Shown: piece after piece, positions 41,481-56,788 of the stretch
Layout of the letters: the number at the start of each line of letters is the position of its first letter
Position numbering within the stretch: the first letter of the stretch is position 1
Assembly: GCF_009914755.1 (NCBI RefSeq)
Contig: NC_060943.1
DNA length: 64,000 nt
Reading direction: 5' to 3' (one strand)
Origin: the human T2T-CHM13v2.0 reference genome, Homo sapiens
Position numbers and translations under genes: made by a program
The notes under the pieces: model-generated
Told to the model about the DNA's origin: nothing
The model's input: only the letters and a program-made list of their open reading frames with translations
The model's database searches: none

Positions 41481-42097
41481 ATTTTTTGTTTTGTCACAAC
41501 AGGCAATATAGTCTTCTGGTTAACAGCCCAGGCTCTGGAGACACACTGCCTGGGTACAGTTCCATGTCATCTTCTAAAATGTGCCCTTAGCAAGTTATTT
41601 CTTAACATATCCATGCTAATTCCTCATCTGTAAAATGGGGATAATACCAACTACCTCTTAGTTATGTTATGAAATTACATACATTGATTTTTTATTGTTC
41701 AAAAAAGACCATGTACATGTCTTTTGTTAATAAAATAAATTGAATGTCATTAATTGTTTTCTTGTCCAGATTAGAATTTCATATCTGAGCTTTATCCACC
41801 CTCTTCTCTCCGTAATGCTGAATTTTACAACCTATACAACCGACATAACTACAGCTCCAGGAAATCCAGAAAAAGGGTGGGACTGCTCTAACCTCAGCTG
41901 CTGATGGCCTCTTTGTAGATTGTCTTAGCTGATGCCTTTACTCTGGAAGATGGCACAGTTTCTCATTCCGTTCCCAGGAAAGGAAGATCCAATAGAAATT
42001 TACCCATCCTCTCGCCCTTGATGGCTACAACCTGAAAATGTCTTCAATGCATATGACCTCACTCCTAGAGGGTCGCGTTTTGAGAATGCATAAAAGC

Positions 42098-42354
42098 TCA
42101 CTTTGGGACGCCAAGGCGGGCGGATCACGAGGTCAGGAGATCGAGACCATCCTGGCTAACATGGTGAAACCCCATCTCTACTAAAAATACAAAAAATTAG
42201 CTGGGCACCTGTAGTCCCAGCTACTCAGGAGGCCGAGGCAGGAGAACGGCGTGAACCCTGGAGGCGGAGCTTACAGTGAGCCGAGATTGGGCCATGGTAC
42301 TCCAGCTTGGGTGACAGAGCAAGACTACATCTCAAAAAAAAAAAAAAAAAAAAA
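42098..42354 (+). mobile_element. 5'-truncated AluY
   Basis: gagatcgagaccatcctggctaac, gcgtgaaccc; flanked by aaaagctca. Confidence 0.85.
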
Positions 42355-42764
42355 GCTCAAAGCTATTCTTTGTGGGCCGATGATGGATATAATAAACCCC
42401 TCAAACTTATTCTCAGATCCACAGGAAACTTGAGCGACTCCCTATGTTCTGATATTTTCTAAATACAATGTACTGCATTCCTTTTGACTTCCCCAAGCCC
42501 AAACATTCCAGAGAATTTTACAGAAATTCTATTTTTGATCTGAATTTGGGGGCCTGCACATGAGACTTTCTCTCAAATTACCCTCTATTTTGTCCAGAAA
42601 TCCCTTATAGTTCATGTCCTTGGGACTCTGTTGAAGGGGAGAAGGAGGAAAGTCCTCCCTACTGTTTCTCATGCCTTCTTGAGCTCTGTGTCCTGCATCT
42701 GTAGTGCATGCTATTAACTTTGCTCCCAGATCTTCTTACCCATCAGGGCACTCATCCCTCAGAT

Positions 42765-43975
<1,211 letters not shown>

Positions 43976-44473
43976 AACCCAGAAGGCAGAATGCAGTCAA
44001 TGACTTGGTGATATGGGGGTACAGAAGACCACTCCCATACCTCAAAGAGCCACTGTGAGGTGCAGTTCAACCTCCAGTGCTTCTCCCTGGAATTAGACTA
44101 AGCTACATCCAGCTGAGACCACATTCCAGCTCAGCTCCCTTTGCTGTATTTCAGTTTTCTCACATCTCTATTTCTGGAAGCTCTGTTTCAATAAATCACT
44201 TGAACAAGAATCCCTGTCTGAGGCTGTGCTTCAGGAATCTAATCTGTAACACCATCTCTCCAAGGGAGAACATTTACCTTGTTAGTCTCAGTCCAGAAGG
44301 AAACCTTGTTATTCCAGGCCACCTGTGTTGCAAATCCCTTCAGTCTCTCACCCAGGGCATTGCATTTGAATTTCAATGCTAAATCAGATGTATCTTTCTT
44401 CAATATTCTGTATATGAAGGTTCACAGGGAAGAAACTCATACAGATCATTTGATAATACTGTCAAGCAAAAGT

Positions 44474-44908
44474 TGTAGAAGGCCATTGTTTTGGACTGAG
44501 CTCCTATACTAGACCCAACGGACCAGACCAAACCAAAATAAAGTCACTCATGCTAAATGCCACATTATCCAACTGAAACTTTAAGATGGCAGAAAAATCC
44601 CCAAACAGATCAGTTTTTCCTGACAATAGGAGATCCCACTTTACCTCAGTCAGTGTAAGAAGGAAGTCCCCTCTGCTTTAACCCTTATTTAAAAAGTAAC
44701 CGGAAGTAATTTGACATGAACCAATCAGCTTTTTTTCCTATTTTTCTGTTTCCTTTTTCCCACCTTACAAAATTCACTGTTCTGCCACTGGCCAGTGGGA
44801 GCTCTCATTCTATTTCATAGAATGAAGGATGAATAAAAGGATTCATGAATTACGAATAAAAGCCAATAAGATCTTTATCTAAATGTGCTGTAATTTTGTC
44901 TTTCAACA
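44474..44908 (+). mobile_element. Solo LTR (ERV1-class)
   Basis: tgtagaaggccattgttttggactgagctcct...aataaaagccaataagatc...ttcaaca. Confidence 0.65.
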
Positions 44909-44989
44909 TGATTTGCCTTAAATTGATATTCCTCACACTTATTTTCATCCACATACAACTTCTTATCATATCTTATCCTAAAGTATCTT

Positions 44990-45150
44990 ATCCTAAAGTA
45001 TAATGAATACCACAGACTGGACAATTTTTAATGAAAAGAAACTTACTGCTTACAGTTATGGAGGCTGGGAAGTACAAGGTCAAGGGGCTCACATATGGGG
45101 AGGGTCTTCTTGTTTCATCAGCCCACGGTAGAAGGCAGAAGAAAGGGAAG

Positions 45151-45182
<32 letters not shown>

Positions 45183-45366
45183 CACTCGATGTTATAACAA
45201 ACTCACTCCCGAGATACTGAGATAATGACATTAATCCATTAATCCAGTCAGGCAAGCCGAGCTCTCCTAACCTAATCACCTTTGATTAGGCCCCATCTCC
45301 CAACACTGTTGCATTAGGGATTAACTTTTCAACCCATGAACTTTGGAGAACATATTCAAAGCATAA
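44990..45366 (-). mobile_element. MaLR LTR (MLT1A/MST-type) with (GA)n and a DUX4 motif at 45268-45278
   Basis: ataccacagactgg...ggaggctgggaagtacaag...cctaatcacc...catattcaaa. Confidence 0.8.
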
Positions 45367-45742
45367 CAAGAAGGGAAAACTAGTTTGCTTTTTAAATACA
45401 TGTTGATGCACGTAGCACACATCTGGACACCAGGCAACATTTTTCTAAGGAGCCTCCTACTCATCAATTCTTCTCTACCCCACCCATGACAAACATATTG
45501 CCACTTTCTATAAGTGGCATTAATAGGAATGTAAATTATGAGTGCAGAGGTACCCAGCAATTCTAAATGGAAGGACCATGACACATATCAATAAGAACAA
45601 GATAGAATGACAACCTGGCTTAACAAGATGCCGTGACTTTATAAACCTATAGTAATTTAAGGCATATGAGATATACAAGTCTTAAGCTCAGAGGAGAGGC
45701 TGATGACAATTACACCACTACAGTTAAAGACTGCAAACTTTA

Positions 45743-46063
<321 letters not shown>

Positions 46064-46687
46064 TCAGGCTGGCTGGATTCAAAGCCTGATTTTGCCACTT
46101 GTTAGCCCATGAATAGTAACAAGATGCTTAAATTCTCTGTGCTTGAAAGTTTTCATCTGTAAACTAGAGATAATATTAGGACTTGCATCACAGGGTTTCT
46201 GTGAAGATCAAAAGAAATATGTGAAAATCACCTTAGCGTTAGAACTGTGCCTTGCACAAAGTAAACACTCAGTAAATATTAACTCTTATTATAGAAGAGT
46301 GTGTGTTATCTCCTCAACTAGATAAAATAATCATAGAATGATGGTTTCAGAGTTGTGAGGCCGTTTAATGCAATTAGATTTTATAAATCTAATCTGTACA
46401 AGTAGACTTGTGAAATAAATCTGGAATGCCTGCTAAATTTTATTGAAAGCAATCGCGTGTTTAATGGTGCATAATATATCAAAGTACATGCATATTTAAT
46501 GCTCAAAAGACATTATCTGCTTCTAGAGTGGATTAACATTTCAGGCAGTGAGAATGGGGGTTTATTACTTTAATCTAAATAGGGATTAAGTTGATTAGAT
46601 TCAGAGTTTGGTTGATTTAAGTACTGATTGGTACACCTGTTCGTGTAGGGCACAGTCCTTTCATCGCTCCCACTAAAAGTTTAACAC

Positions 46688-47215
46688 GGGAACTAAGCTA
46701 TGAGGATGCAAAAGGATAAGGATGATACAATGGACTTTGGGGAATTGGGGGAAAAGGCAGGAGGATGAGGGATAAAAGACCACACATTGGGTACAGTGGA
46801 CACTGCTGCAGTGATGGGTGCACCAAAATCTCAGAAATCACCACCAAAGAACTTATTCTTGTAACGAAAAACCACCTGCTCCCCAAAAACCTATTGAAAC
46901 AAATATTTAAACATAAATAAATAGGCCGGGCACAGTGGCTCACACCTGTAATCACAGCACTTTGGGAGGCTGAGGTGGGTGGATCACCTGAGGTCAGGAG
47001 TTTGCTACCAGCCTGGCCAACATGGCGAAACCCAGTCTCTACTAAAAACACGAAAAACTAGCTGGGCGTCTTGGCAGACACCTGTAGTCCCAGCTACCTG
47101 GGGGGCTAAGGCAGGAAAATCTCTTGAACCCAGGAGGTGGAGGTTGCAGTGAGCCAAGATCACGCCACTGCACTCCAGCCTGGGTGAAAGGGCGAAACTC
47201 CACCTCAAAAAAACA
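46688..47215 (+). mobile_element. L1 3' end followed by AluS
   Basis: ctaagctatgaggatgcaaaagg... L1 3'UTR; Alu from about 46923. Confidence 0.85.
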
Positions 47216-48861
47216 AATTTAATTAATTGAATAAATAAATACATAGACTTTGAATAATCATCATCCAAAAAGAAAATTAAATTAAAAGGATTTCCCTTTG
47301 AGGGAGCTATCTGTGAAAGGAAATTGCTTAATATAGGTGAGCACAAAAAGAGAAAGCACCCTCTTATTTCATATTTTATTTTTCAATTTGTTAAAGATTA
47401 TATTTTCGAGCTACTCTCCTAAACTAGAAACCCACCAGCTCTAACTTAGTATTCTTCTCCAAGACAAAGGGTGTCATTTGTAAGGAATGACAAGATCTAC
47501 AGGGAATGTTAAAATGATAAATTTAATACATCAGTGTGACTTAGTTAAAGCAAAATCTTCCAGAGTCTCAAACTTTGCGTGTTATTTTCTGGTAGCTCCT
47601 GAAAGCAGTCTGAGAAGAATACAACAGAAAAGATGAAGAATTGTTTTAAAACAAAAATTCAAAGTAATAATAATAAATAAAAGCCTAATATTCCCTCTCG
47701 CACTTGGCAGGCACCAACCTACCATTTTTGTACATTCAGCTCCACAAGACTGTTAGGTTCTACTCTGCCATCTCTTAAAAGTTAGCATCTAATTCACAGT
47801 ACTATTTAAATTTCCCCAGTTGTCCAAAAGCATGTCCTTTATAGCTGTTTTAAAATCCATCATCCAATCAGATTTCATGCCTTTCATTGTTATGCTTCTT
47901 TAGTCTCCTTTGTCACCATGCCTATAGACTCAGGGGCTGAGGCGGGAGGCTTGCTTGAGCCCAGGAGGTCAAAGCTGCAGTGAGCTGAGATGGTGCCACT
48001 GCACTCCAGCATGGGTGACAGAGTGAGACCCTGTCTCAAAAAAAAAAACAAAACACTCTGTATTCTATAAATATAATATGTACAATTATTCCATGTCAAT
48101 TAAAAATAAAAGAGAAAAAAGTCTTTATAATCCATGTATATGAAGTTCAAAAGCTGGCATTACTGATCTGCGATGACATAGTCAGGCAAGTTGGTACCAT
48201 TGCATAGGCAGAGATGGAAAGAAGCTTGTGGGATGCTGGAAATATTCTGTTTCTGGATCTGGGTGCTGGCTACATGGGGGCTTAAAATCGCTGGTGTTAC
48301 ACTAATCACTCATGAACTTTTCTGCATGTATGTGCAACTTAGAATAAGAAAATGGAATTACGGTTCACATGCTAGGCATGCCTGGATCAGGCTAGTGGAC
48401 AGCATCCTGTACCACCGTGTCCCATCCTAAGTGCTGTAGAAACATGTTCCTAATACTTCAGTGCATGCCAAAATAGGCAAATATTTTATTTACATTTGAA
48501 ATCTCACAGTAGCAAGGTCAACTACAGCCACTTTCCCCCAGGGAGAGTCCAATATTTTATTCATGTCTCCTAAACTCTTATAATGAGCAACTACCATGGG
48601 CCAGGTCCTGTGCAGGGCTCTGAGGATCACAGGGAAAGACCCACAACCTCCCTCATGGAGACCAACATTCCCAGAAAACCCACGCAAATAAACATAGCGA
48701 GGTATGGTGAAGCTCCGGGAGTGCTGCCGCACCACACAGAAGTTCTGACCTGGCCTGGGGCGTATGAGAGAAGCCTTTGATGAGAAAGTAGGGAATGAGG
48801 CCTCTGAAAGTAAGGGGAGGGTGTGCTCCAAACAAATGCAACAAAAAGAGAAACTGTAACT

Positions 48862-48940
48862 GCACACGGTTTTCAGCCTCATGCCTCCGTGGAACCTGCC
48901 TGTCAGGCGGGCACCTGGAATCTCAAGCAACTTTCTCAAG
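48862..48940 (+). other. LEUTX: Putative upstream alternative first exon of LEUTX (isoform with a truncated homeodomain)
   Basis: Strong donor AAG|gtgagg at 48940/48941. Splicing to 56789 leaves ATG 56872 (Met31) as the first in-frame start, giving 168 aa, the length I recall for the short LEUTX isoform. 5' end approximate. Confidence 0.55.
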
Positions 48941-51009
48941 GTGAGGCGATTTTTTTCTTTCATTTCTCAAGTAGCTTGTGGTAAGAAAAGTGAGCTGAGA
49001 CTGGGTGCAGTTGCTCATTCCTGTAGTCCCAGCTGCTTGGGAGGCTGAGGCGGGAGGATCCCTTGAGCCTGGGAGGCGGAGGTTGCACTGAGCCGAGATC
49101 ACACCACTGCCTGGGTGATAGAGCGAGACCCCATCTCAAAAAAAGAAAGAAAAAAGGGAAAGAAAGTGAACTGAGTGTTCTGTGTCTCCCAAGGCCCCTT
49201 GAATGGCTTTGTCCTTCACTTGGAATAAAATTCAAACTTCTTCACCTTGCCCCGACCTTGGTTGGCCTTTCCAGTTTGAGCTTTTCCTGATATTCCTCTC
49301 CCACAACACACCTCAACTACAGTGGCCTCTTATCTGCACCTCAGACATGAAAAGGTTTTTCATGTCTCTGGGCCTTTGCACTTGATGTTCCCTTTGCTTA
49401 GAACACTCTTCCCTCTCCTTCAGTGAAAATGATACTTCCTCAGAGACATCTTACCTTACCTTAAAACTACTGCACATCCTCTGAATCAGTGCTGTTGGTG
49501 GCATTCATAACACCAGTAGTATCATAATCAGAACTGCGTATTGTCTTGTTTCCTTTTTTATTTCCTGCTTCCCTCCCTAGAATGCCAGCACTTGGGAAGG
49601 CGGCAGTGAGTTCTATTTTTGTAAATCCCAATTTCCTAGTCACTGGAACAAATCTTAGCAGAGCAGGCATTCAAATAATTAAGCAAACAAATGAAGAAGT
49701 GTCAGGGGTGTTTTAACGTTAAGTTCTGCAAAATTCCCTGCTATTGGGGAGGTCATACCCTTTGAATATATCACTCTCTTTCCATCCTCATTAGTGTCAT
49801 AGGGCAACTCCAGGGACTGATTCTAACATTTAAACGGAAAATTTGAGGCCCACTTTATCCTTTCCGATAGGATTTGGGAGTTTCTACCCTTGACTGTGTT
49901 AGAAGTGTTCCTGAATTTTATTCCTGTAAAAGACATAGATGGGGCCAGGTGCAATGGCTCACTAGCACTTTGGCAGGCCAAGGCTGGACGATCTCTTGAG
50001 CCCAGGAGTTGAAGGCTGCAGTGAGCTATGATGGCACCACTGCACTCTAGTCTGGGCAACAGAGTGAGACCCTAAAACAAAACGTAAAAAGATACAGATG
50101 GGTCCTTCAATCATTTGGCCTTCAGGCTACCTGCAATGTTCCCAGAGACAGAGTTCTTTCGCTAGTCCAAGACTTTTCCAAACCAACCTGGTGGGGGTGT
50201 GGAGGTTGCGGGAGAGGACAGAGTTGAGGGGTAGTATAAGATGGGCCAAGACCAGAGTCCCATCTCTGCTTCAGAAAGCTTGGGTCCACATTGAGTGTGG
50301 GGAGGCCATATCTCATGGATAGAGACTAGATCTGTCTAGTGAATTACACTCACCCCACAAATAAGACCCATCATGGAGAAGAACGTTAGGGGGAGGAATA
50401 AATAAATGAGTTAATAAGGTGCCTGAAAGGTGGAGTAAATGAGTAACAGAGGGACAGAGAGAGGGATGCTCAGAGGAAAGAAAGAAGCATGATTCTTTTA
50501 ATGCAATTTATATTTTAAGTTTCCTTGCTGAAAACTCGTTATGGGCTCCCCAGCTGCCCCCAAATCCATACTCAAGAGAAGATACAAGATCCCCTATGGT
50601 TTAGGCTCTGCCAAGTTCTTCACTGTCATCCATTGCTGTCTCAACTGGAAGAGGTTGAACCGAGATGGGCGGGTGAAGGGCTTAACTCCCATCATCCCAA
50701 ACTCCTAGCAGGATGCCTCCTGCTGCACTCCGGGTCTCACTGGAAGCCGTCCACGCACAGGGCACCTCCTTCACCTTCCAGTTTGAATCATCTTACCAAC
50801 TTATTTTTCTCTCAGCGCCTTGTTTATTTACTCATTGATCCCAAGTGACATTTTTGAACATTTTATCCATTTTCAGTTCGCTCCACTTTCTTTTGTTTTC
50901 TTCCACTCTCTGGAGTCAAGGATCAGTCTTTTTTTTTTTTTTTTTTTTAAACATAGTTTTATTCCCAGTGCCCTACACAGCATCAGGCATATAATAGGTT
51001 CTAAATAAA

Positions 51010-51120
51010 CAGATATTGAATGGATTATTGGAGGGCGTGGTATTAGGGTAGGACAGGGTGGGGACATGATTACATTAAAATTCTGCTTAAATAAGCAGGT
51101 CTTTTAGCCCAGCAGTCACA
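51010..51120 (+). promoter_or_regulatory. LEUTX: LEUTX embryonic promoter with DUX4-type motifs and TATA-like box
   Basis: TGATTACATTA 51067-51077 (rc TAATGTAATCA), TGAATGGATTA 51017-51027, TTAAATAA 51087-51094. Confidence 0.7.
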
Positions 51121-51184
51121 TAGACTCAGCTCAGGAGCTCTGCAGCACACAGCTGATCGAACCCACTCATTTCTAGAGGACACC

Positions 51185-51191
51185 ATGTTTG
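51185..51191 (+). CDS. LEUTX: LEUTX exon 1 coding part (ATG TTT G)
   Basis: Kozak-like CACCATG, donor G|gtaagt; phase 1 joins exon 2 to give MFEGPRRYRRPRT. Confidence 0.9.
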
Positions 51192-51982
51192 GTAAGTTGG
51201 GCGAAGGCAAGAGGCTGGGGTTTCAGTGATTGGGTTGCAGACAAATCAAGTGAGAGGTGTGGGACCTTGTGGTGGCTTCTTAGAAACCACTGGGTAAATT
51301 TAGAAACCACTGGGTTATACCAACAAGGATTGTTTGAAAAACACTTTGCAAGGGATTCTAGTAACTTAGGAATTTGTTTCTCCACATCTCTTTTTTAAAG
51401 AGATGGGGTCTTGGTATGTTGCCCAGGCTGGCCTCGAGCTCCTAGGCCCTAGTGATCCTCCCACCTCACCCTCAGGAGTAGCTGGGACTTATAAGTGTGT
51501 GCCACCATGTCCCGCTAATTTTTAAATTTTTTGTAGAGACAGGATCTCACTCTGTTGCCTAAGGTCGTCTTGAACTCACATCCTTTTTAATGCCTGGTAA
51601 CTTTCATACTTTTTAAATGTCAGTCCATTGATGGGTATAAAATAGTATGTGATCTTTAATTCCCATTTCTTTACTAACCCGTGTGATTGAATCTGTTCAC
51701 TCTATTTTAAAGGCCATTCTGTTTTTCCCCTATGCTAATTTTTATATTTATATCATTTCCCAGTTTTTAGTATGTTTTTTTTCTTGAGGCTTAGTAGAAT
51801 ATTTTTGTTGTCTTCTAGACACTAATAATTTATCTCTTATATGTGTTGCAAATATATTCTCCCAGCCTGGCTTGTGTTTTTCAATTTACTTATGAGTACC
51901 GTTGTACAAATATTCTAAAAGTTGTCATTGTGATATTTATCAACATTTTCCTTTTATAATTGTACTTGTAAAACGTAGTTTA

Positions 51983-52327
<345 letters not shown>

Positions 52328-53121
52328 TTACATTTTATTTTAACTTCTTAAAATGATTTGATTCTAATAGAAAAATTATGCATCAACAAGCTCACTTATC
52401 AAAACTTGTACCTGGCTCTTCTAATACATTTTCCTATTGTTTAATACTAAACTTACAAAAATACTAATTAGTCGATTTTACATATTGACCTCTCAGCTTG
52501 GTAGATGATTTTAAACTCAAAGCCACATCCTTCCTCGATTTTACCTCCTATAACTTATCAATGTGCAGTGTTGCTTTTCTAAAGACCAGTAGAATTCTAA
52601 TTACCATTCCTTTGATGGAAATTCTACTTCCCTTTAGAAGCTTCTGGAAATTTCTATATATTCCTGGTATTCTGATATTTTTGCAACAACGATCCTTTTG
52701 TTCATTTATTGTGCTCATCGTGGAATGTCTTCATTCTGGAAACCCCTGTGCCTCATCTCTCAAATCTTGAATTTTTTTTAATAAATACTTTCATGATACT
52801 CTCTGAAACATTTTTTAGTCAGAGATATTTTTAGTCACATAAATATTGCTAGTGCTGGACATCCCTGAGCAGAGATCTTATTTTTTTCCGACCTTTTCAC
52901 TCTTTTTGTCCACTTTTGTATACTTTTTCTACTTCCTGGAATAGCTTTGTCTTCCAACTCTTCTATTATTGCCTAAGGGTTTCTTTTTAGCTACTGATTT
53001 CAAAGAACATTTGTCTTATCAGATTTTCCTTTCTTTTCAAGACTTTCTTGATGTATGAGTGCAATATCTTTTATCCGAGCATATTAATTTTAACATTTAT
53101 AGATTTTCTTTTTTTTTGTAA

Positions 53122-53280
<159 letters not shown>

Positions 53281-53686
53281 TAAGAAAAAATGTGGTTATT
53301 TGCTGCTTTCCTCCTCTTCTTTCTTTTTCTCTTCCACTTTCCCTTTCTTTTTTCTCTCTTTCTCTCTGTCTCTCCCTCTCTCCCTTTCTTGCTGTCCCCT
53401 TCCTGTTTGAGAATTTTTCTTCAATGTCCTGTAAATTTTTGTTCTCCCTTTGTGTCTAAACAAATGCTGAGACACTAAGAGAAACCCATGTGCCCGATCA
53501 CTTGTCTTCACTGTGCGATAATTGGGCAGCATGTTGGCTTCTGTTTTTCCATGTATTTGCATGAGGAATAAGAGCATCCTGAAAATAGAAACTTTCCTAT
53601 AAAATAGATGACCATGAGAATCAGGTTTTACTAGATGATGAGGTCTTATTTATATTCTAAACCATAGTAAAAACTCCCATTATGCA

Positions 53687-54100
53687 CTAATACAGTTTGC
53701 ATATTTGTCCCCTCCAAATCTCATGTTGAAATGTGATCCCCAGTGTTGGAGGTGGGCCTGGTGGAAGGGGTTTGGATCATGAGAGCAGATCCCTCTGAAT
53801 GGCTTAGTGCCATCCTCATGGTAATGAGTGGGTTCTCTATCTCTAAGTTCACCTGAGATCTGGTTGTTTAAAAGAGTCTGGGACCTTCCCCTGCTGTCTC
53901 TTGCTCCCACTCTCACCATGTAACACCTTGGCTCCCCTTCGCCTTCTGTCATGAGTGGAAGCTTCCTAAGGCCCTCACCAGAAGCAGATGCCAGCACTAT
54001 GCTTTGTGTATAGCCTGCAGAGCTGTGAACCAATTAATTCCTCTTTTCTAATTTACCCAGTTTTAGGTAATTCTTTATAAATGCAAAGTGGACTAACACA
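53687..54100 (+). mobile_element. MST-type MaLR LTR
   Basis: gtcccctccaaatctcatgttgaaatgtgatcccc...ggactaaca. Confidence 0.85.
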
Positions 54101-54489
54101 TGCACCAAGCCTGTAATTAACAGACTTGCTTCTTTGGTTACTCACATCTTCCCTAAAGGAGTGAGCTTTCTGGGACCATGTTATTGTTAAAGATACGGAG
54201 GCAAACAGTATAAGTGTACTGATGCTGCCAAAGTCACAGAGCTAGTAAATGAGAGAATCGACATTCATTCTTAGGTCACTAAGCTTCATATCTCCTTCCC
54301 TACAGACCCCATTAATAAATGGCCAAACCAATAGCTTCAGGGTCTCACAAGCCAATCAACATAGACAGCAGTGCCACTGAGTCTATGACCGGTTAGGATA
54401 ATAGGGCCTCAAATACTCTTATGAATCTTATAGACTCATATAAACCTGGTGTCAACATCATGCCACTATTCTATTCTATCTCAATAAGG

Positions 54490-54830
54490 ACTCACCCAAA
54501 TCTCATCTTGAATTGTAGCTCCCATAATTCCCATGCGTTGTGGGAAGGATCCGGTGGGAGATAACTGAATCATGGGGCGGTTTCCCCCATACGGTGCTCA
54601 TGGTAATGAATAAGTCTCATAAGATCTGATGGTTTTATAAGAGGTTTCCCCTTTTGCTTAGGTCTCATTCCCTCTCTTGCTTGCCACCACGTAAGATGTG
54701 GCTTTGCTCCTCCTTGCTTTCCACCATGATTGTGAGGCCTCCCCAGCCATGTGGAACTGTGAGTCCATTAAACTTCTTTCCTTTATAAATTACCCAGTTT
54801 CAGGTATGTCTTTATTAGCAGCATGAGAAA
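54490..54830 (+). mobile_element. THE1-type MaLR LTR with DUX4 motif TAACTGAATCA (54562-54572)
   Basis: cacccaaatctcatcttgaattgtagctcccataattccc...gtggaactgtgagtccattaaac. Confidence 0.85.
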
Positions 54831-55139
54831 CAGAAAGATGTCCCCAAGTTGCTAGGAAAACATATTGGTGCCCAATGTCATGGAGAGGTTGATGTTCCTC
54901 CTCCAGGGGCTGTAGGATGAGGCCACCAAAATAAGCTTATCCCATTTGTGGCTTAAAAACATGTCCTGCTCAGTGGAAGTTGGCACTGATTTTCTAGGAA
55001 TGCAGAACACTCCCAGCAAGAGAGTGAGGAGTGGGTCTCGTGAGTCAAATGTTTAGCCTAAGCTCTTGATTCACAGGTCAAGCTTAGGAAAGAAGCTTAC
55101 CTTTGGAATATACATATTTGCATTCTAATAAAACATTTT

Positions 55140-56745
55140 TAAATTTTTTTTTGTATTTTCGTAGGCTATTGGGGAACAAGTGGTGTTTGGTTACATGAGT
55201 AAGTTCTTTAGTGGTGATTTGTGAGATTTTGGTGCACCCACCAACCGAGCAGCATACACTGCACCATATTTGTAGTCTTTTATCCCTCACCCCCTTCCCA
55301 CCCTTTCCCCCGAATCCCCAAAGTCCATTGTGTCATTCTTATGCCCTTACATCCTCATAGCTTAGCTCCCACTTATGAGTGTGAACATATGATGTTTGGT
55401 TTTCCATTCCTGAGTTACTTCACTTAGAATAATGGTCTCCAATCTAATCCAGGTTGTTACAAATATCATTAATTCATTTTTATGGCTGAGTGGCATTCCA
55501 TCATATAATTTATATATATATAAATTATATATATATAAATTATAATATTTGTATTATATATAATTATATACAATATAATTTATATACATTATACATAAAT
55601 TATTATATATATATACATATATATATATACACACACACACACACACCACAGCTTATCCACTCAATTGATGGACATTTGGGTTGGTTCCACATTTTTACAA
55701 TTGCGAATTGTACTGCTATAAACATACATGTGCAAGTATCTTTTTTGTATAATGACTTATTTTCCTCTGGGTAGATAGCCAGTAGTTGGATTGCTGGATC
55801 GAATGGTAGTTCTACTTATAGTTCTTGAAGGAATCTTTACACTGTTTTCCATAGTGGCTGTACTAGTTTACACTGCCACCAGCAGTGTAGAAGTGTTGCC
55901 TGTTCACTGCATCCACGCCAACATCTATTTTTTTTTATTTTTTTTATTATGGCCATTCTTGTGGTTTCGATTTGCATTTCCCTAATCATTTGTGATGTTG
56001 AGCATTTTTTCATGTTTGTTGGCCATTTGTATATCTTTTGAGAATTATCTATTCATGTCATTCATGTCCTTAGCCCACTTTTTGATGGAATTGTTTGGTT
56101 TTTTTCTTGCTAATTTGTTTGAGTTCGTTGCAGATTCTGGATATTAGTCATTTGTCAAATGTATAGATTGTGAAGATTTTCTTCTAGACTGTGGGTTGTC
56201 TAGAACTCTGCTGTTCCTTTTGCCATGCAAAATCTCTTTAGTTTAATAAAGTCCTAGCTATTTATCTTTGTTTTTATTGCATTTGCTTTTGGGTTCTTGG
56301 TCATTGTGTTGCTGTCTATCTCATTTCTTAGGTCTAGTGGATAAAAGGGCGTCCATTGTCTCCTAAAGTTTTTATTATTTTTTATTTATGCTCTCTATTT
56401 CACTGAAGATTTCTCCCCTCATTTCTTGTATCTTTTTTTTTAATTTCCTTAAATTGGGCTTCACTTTTCTCTGGTGCCTCCTTGATTAGCTTAATAACTG
56501 ACCTTCAGAATTCTTTTTCAGGTATATCACAGATTTCTTCTTGGTTTGGATCCATTGCTGATGAACTAATGTGATTTTTTGGGGATGTTAAAGAACCTTG
56601 TGTTGTCATATTACCAGATTTGGTTTTCTGGTTCCTTCTCATTTGTGTAGGCTCTGTCAGAGGGACGGTCTAGGGCTCAAGGCTGTTGTTCAGATTCTTT
56701 TGTCCCACAGGTGTTCCCTTGATGTAGTACTCTCCTCATTTCCTT
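55140..56745 (-). mobile_element. Antisense L1 fragments with an AT-rich/(TA)n(CA)n expansion at about 55500-55645
   Basis: L1 3'UTR/ORF2 motifs, then an ORF1/5' region piece ending just upstream of the exon-2 acceptor. Confidence 0.8.
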
Positions 56746-56788
56746 CCGAATTTTTTTAATGAAAGCCTTTTATCTGTTCCCTCTGCAG

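Noticed and set aside
55500-55645. AT-rich quasi-palindromic tract
   Set aside because: Ordinary (TA)n expansion at a common L1 3' site
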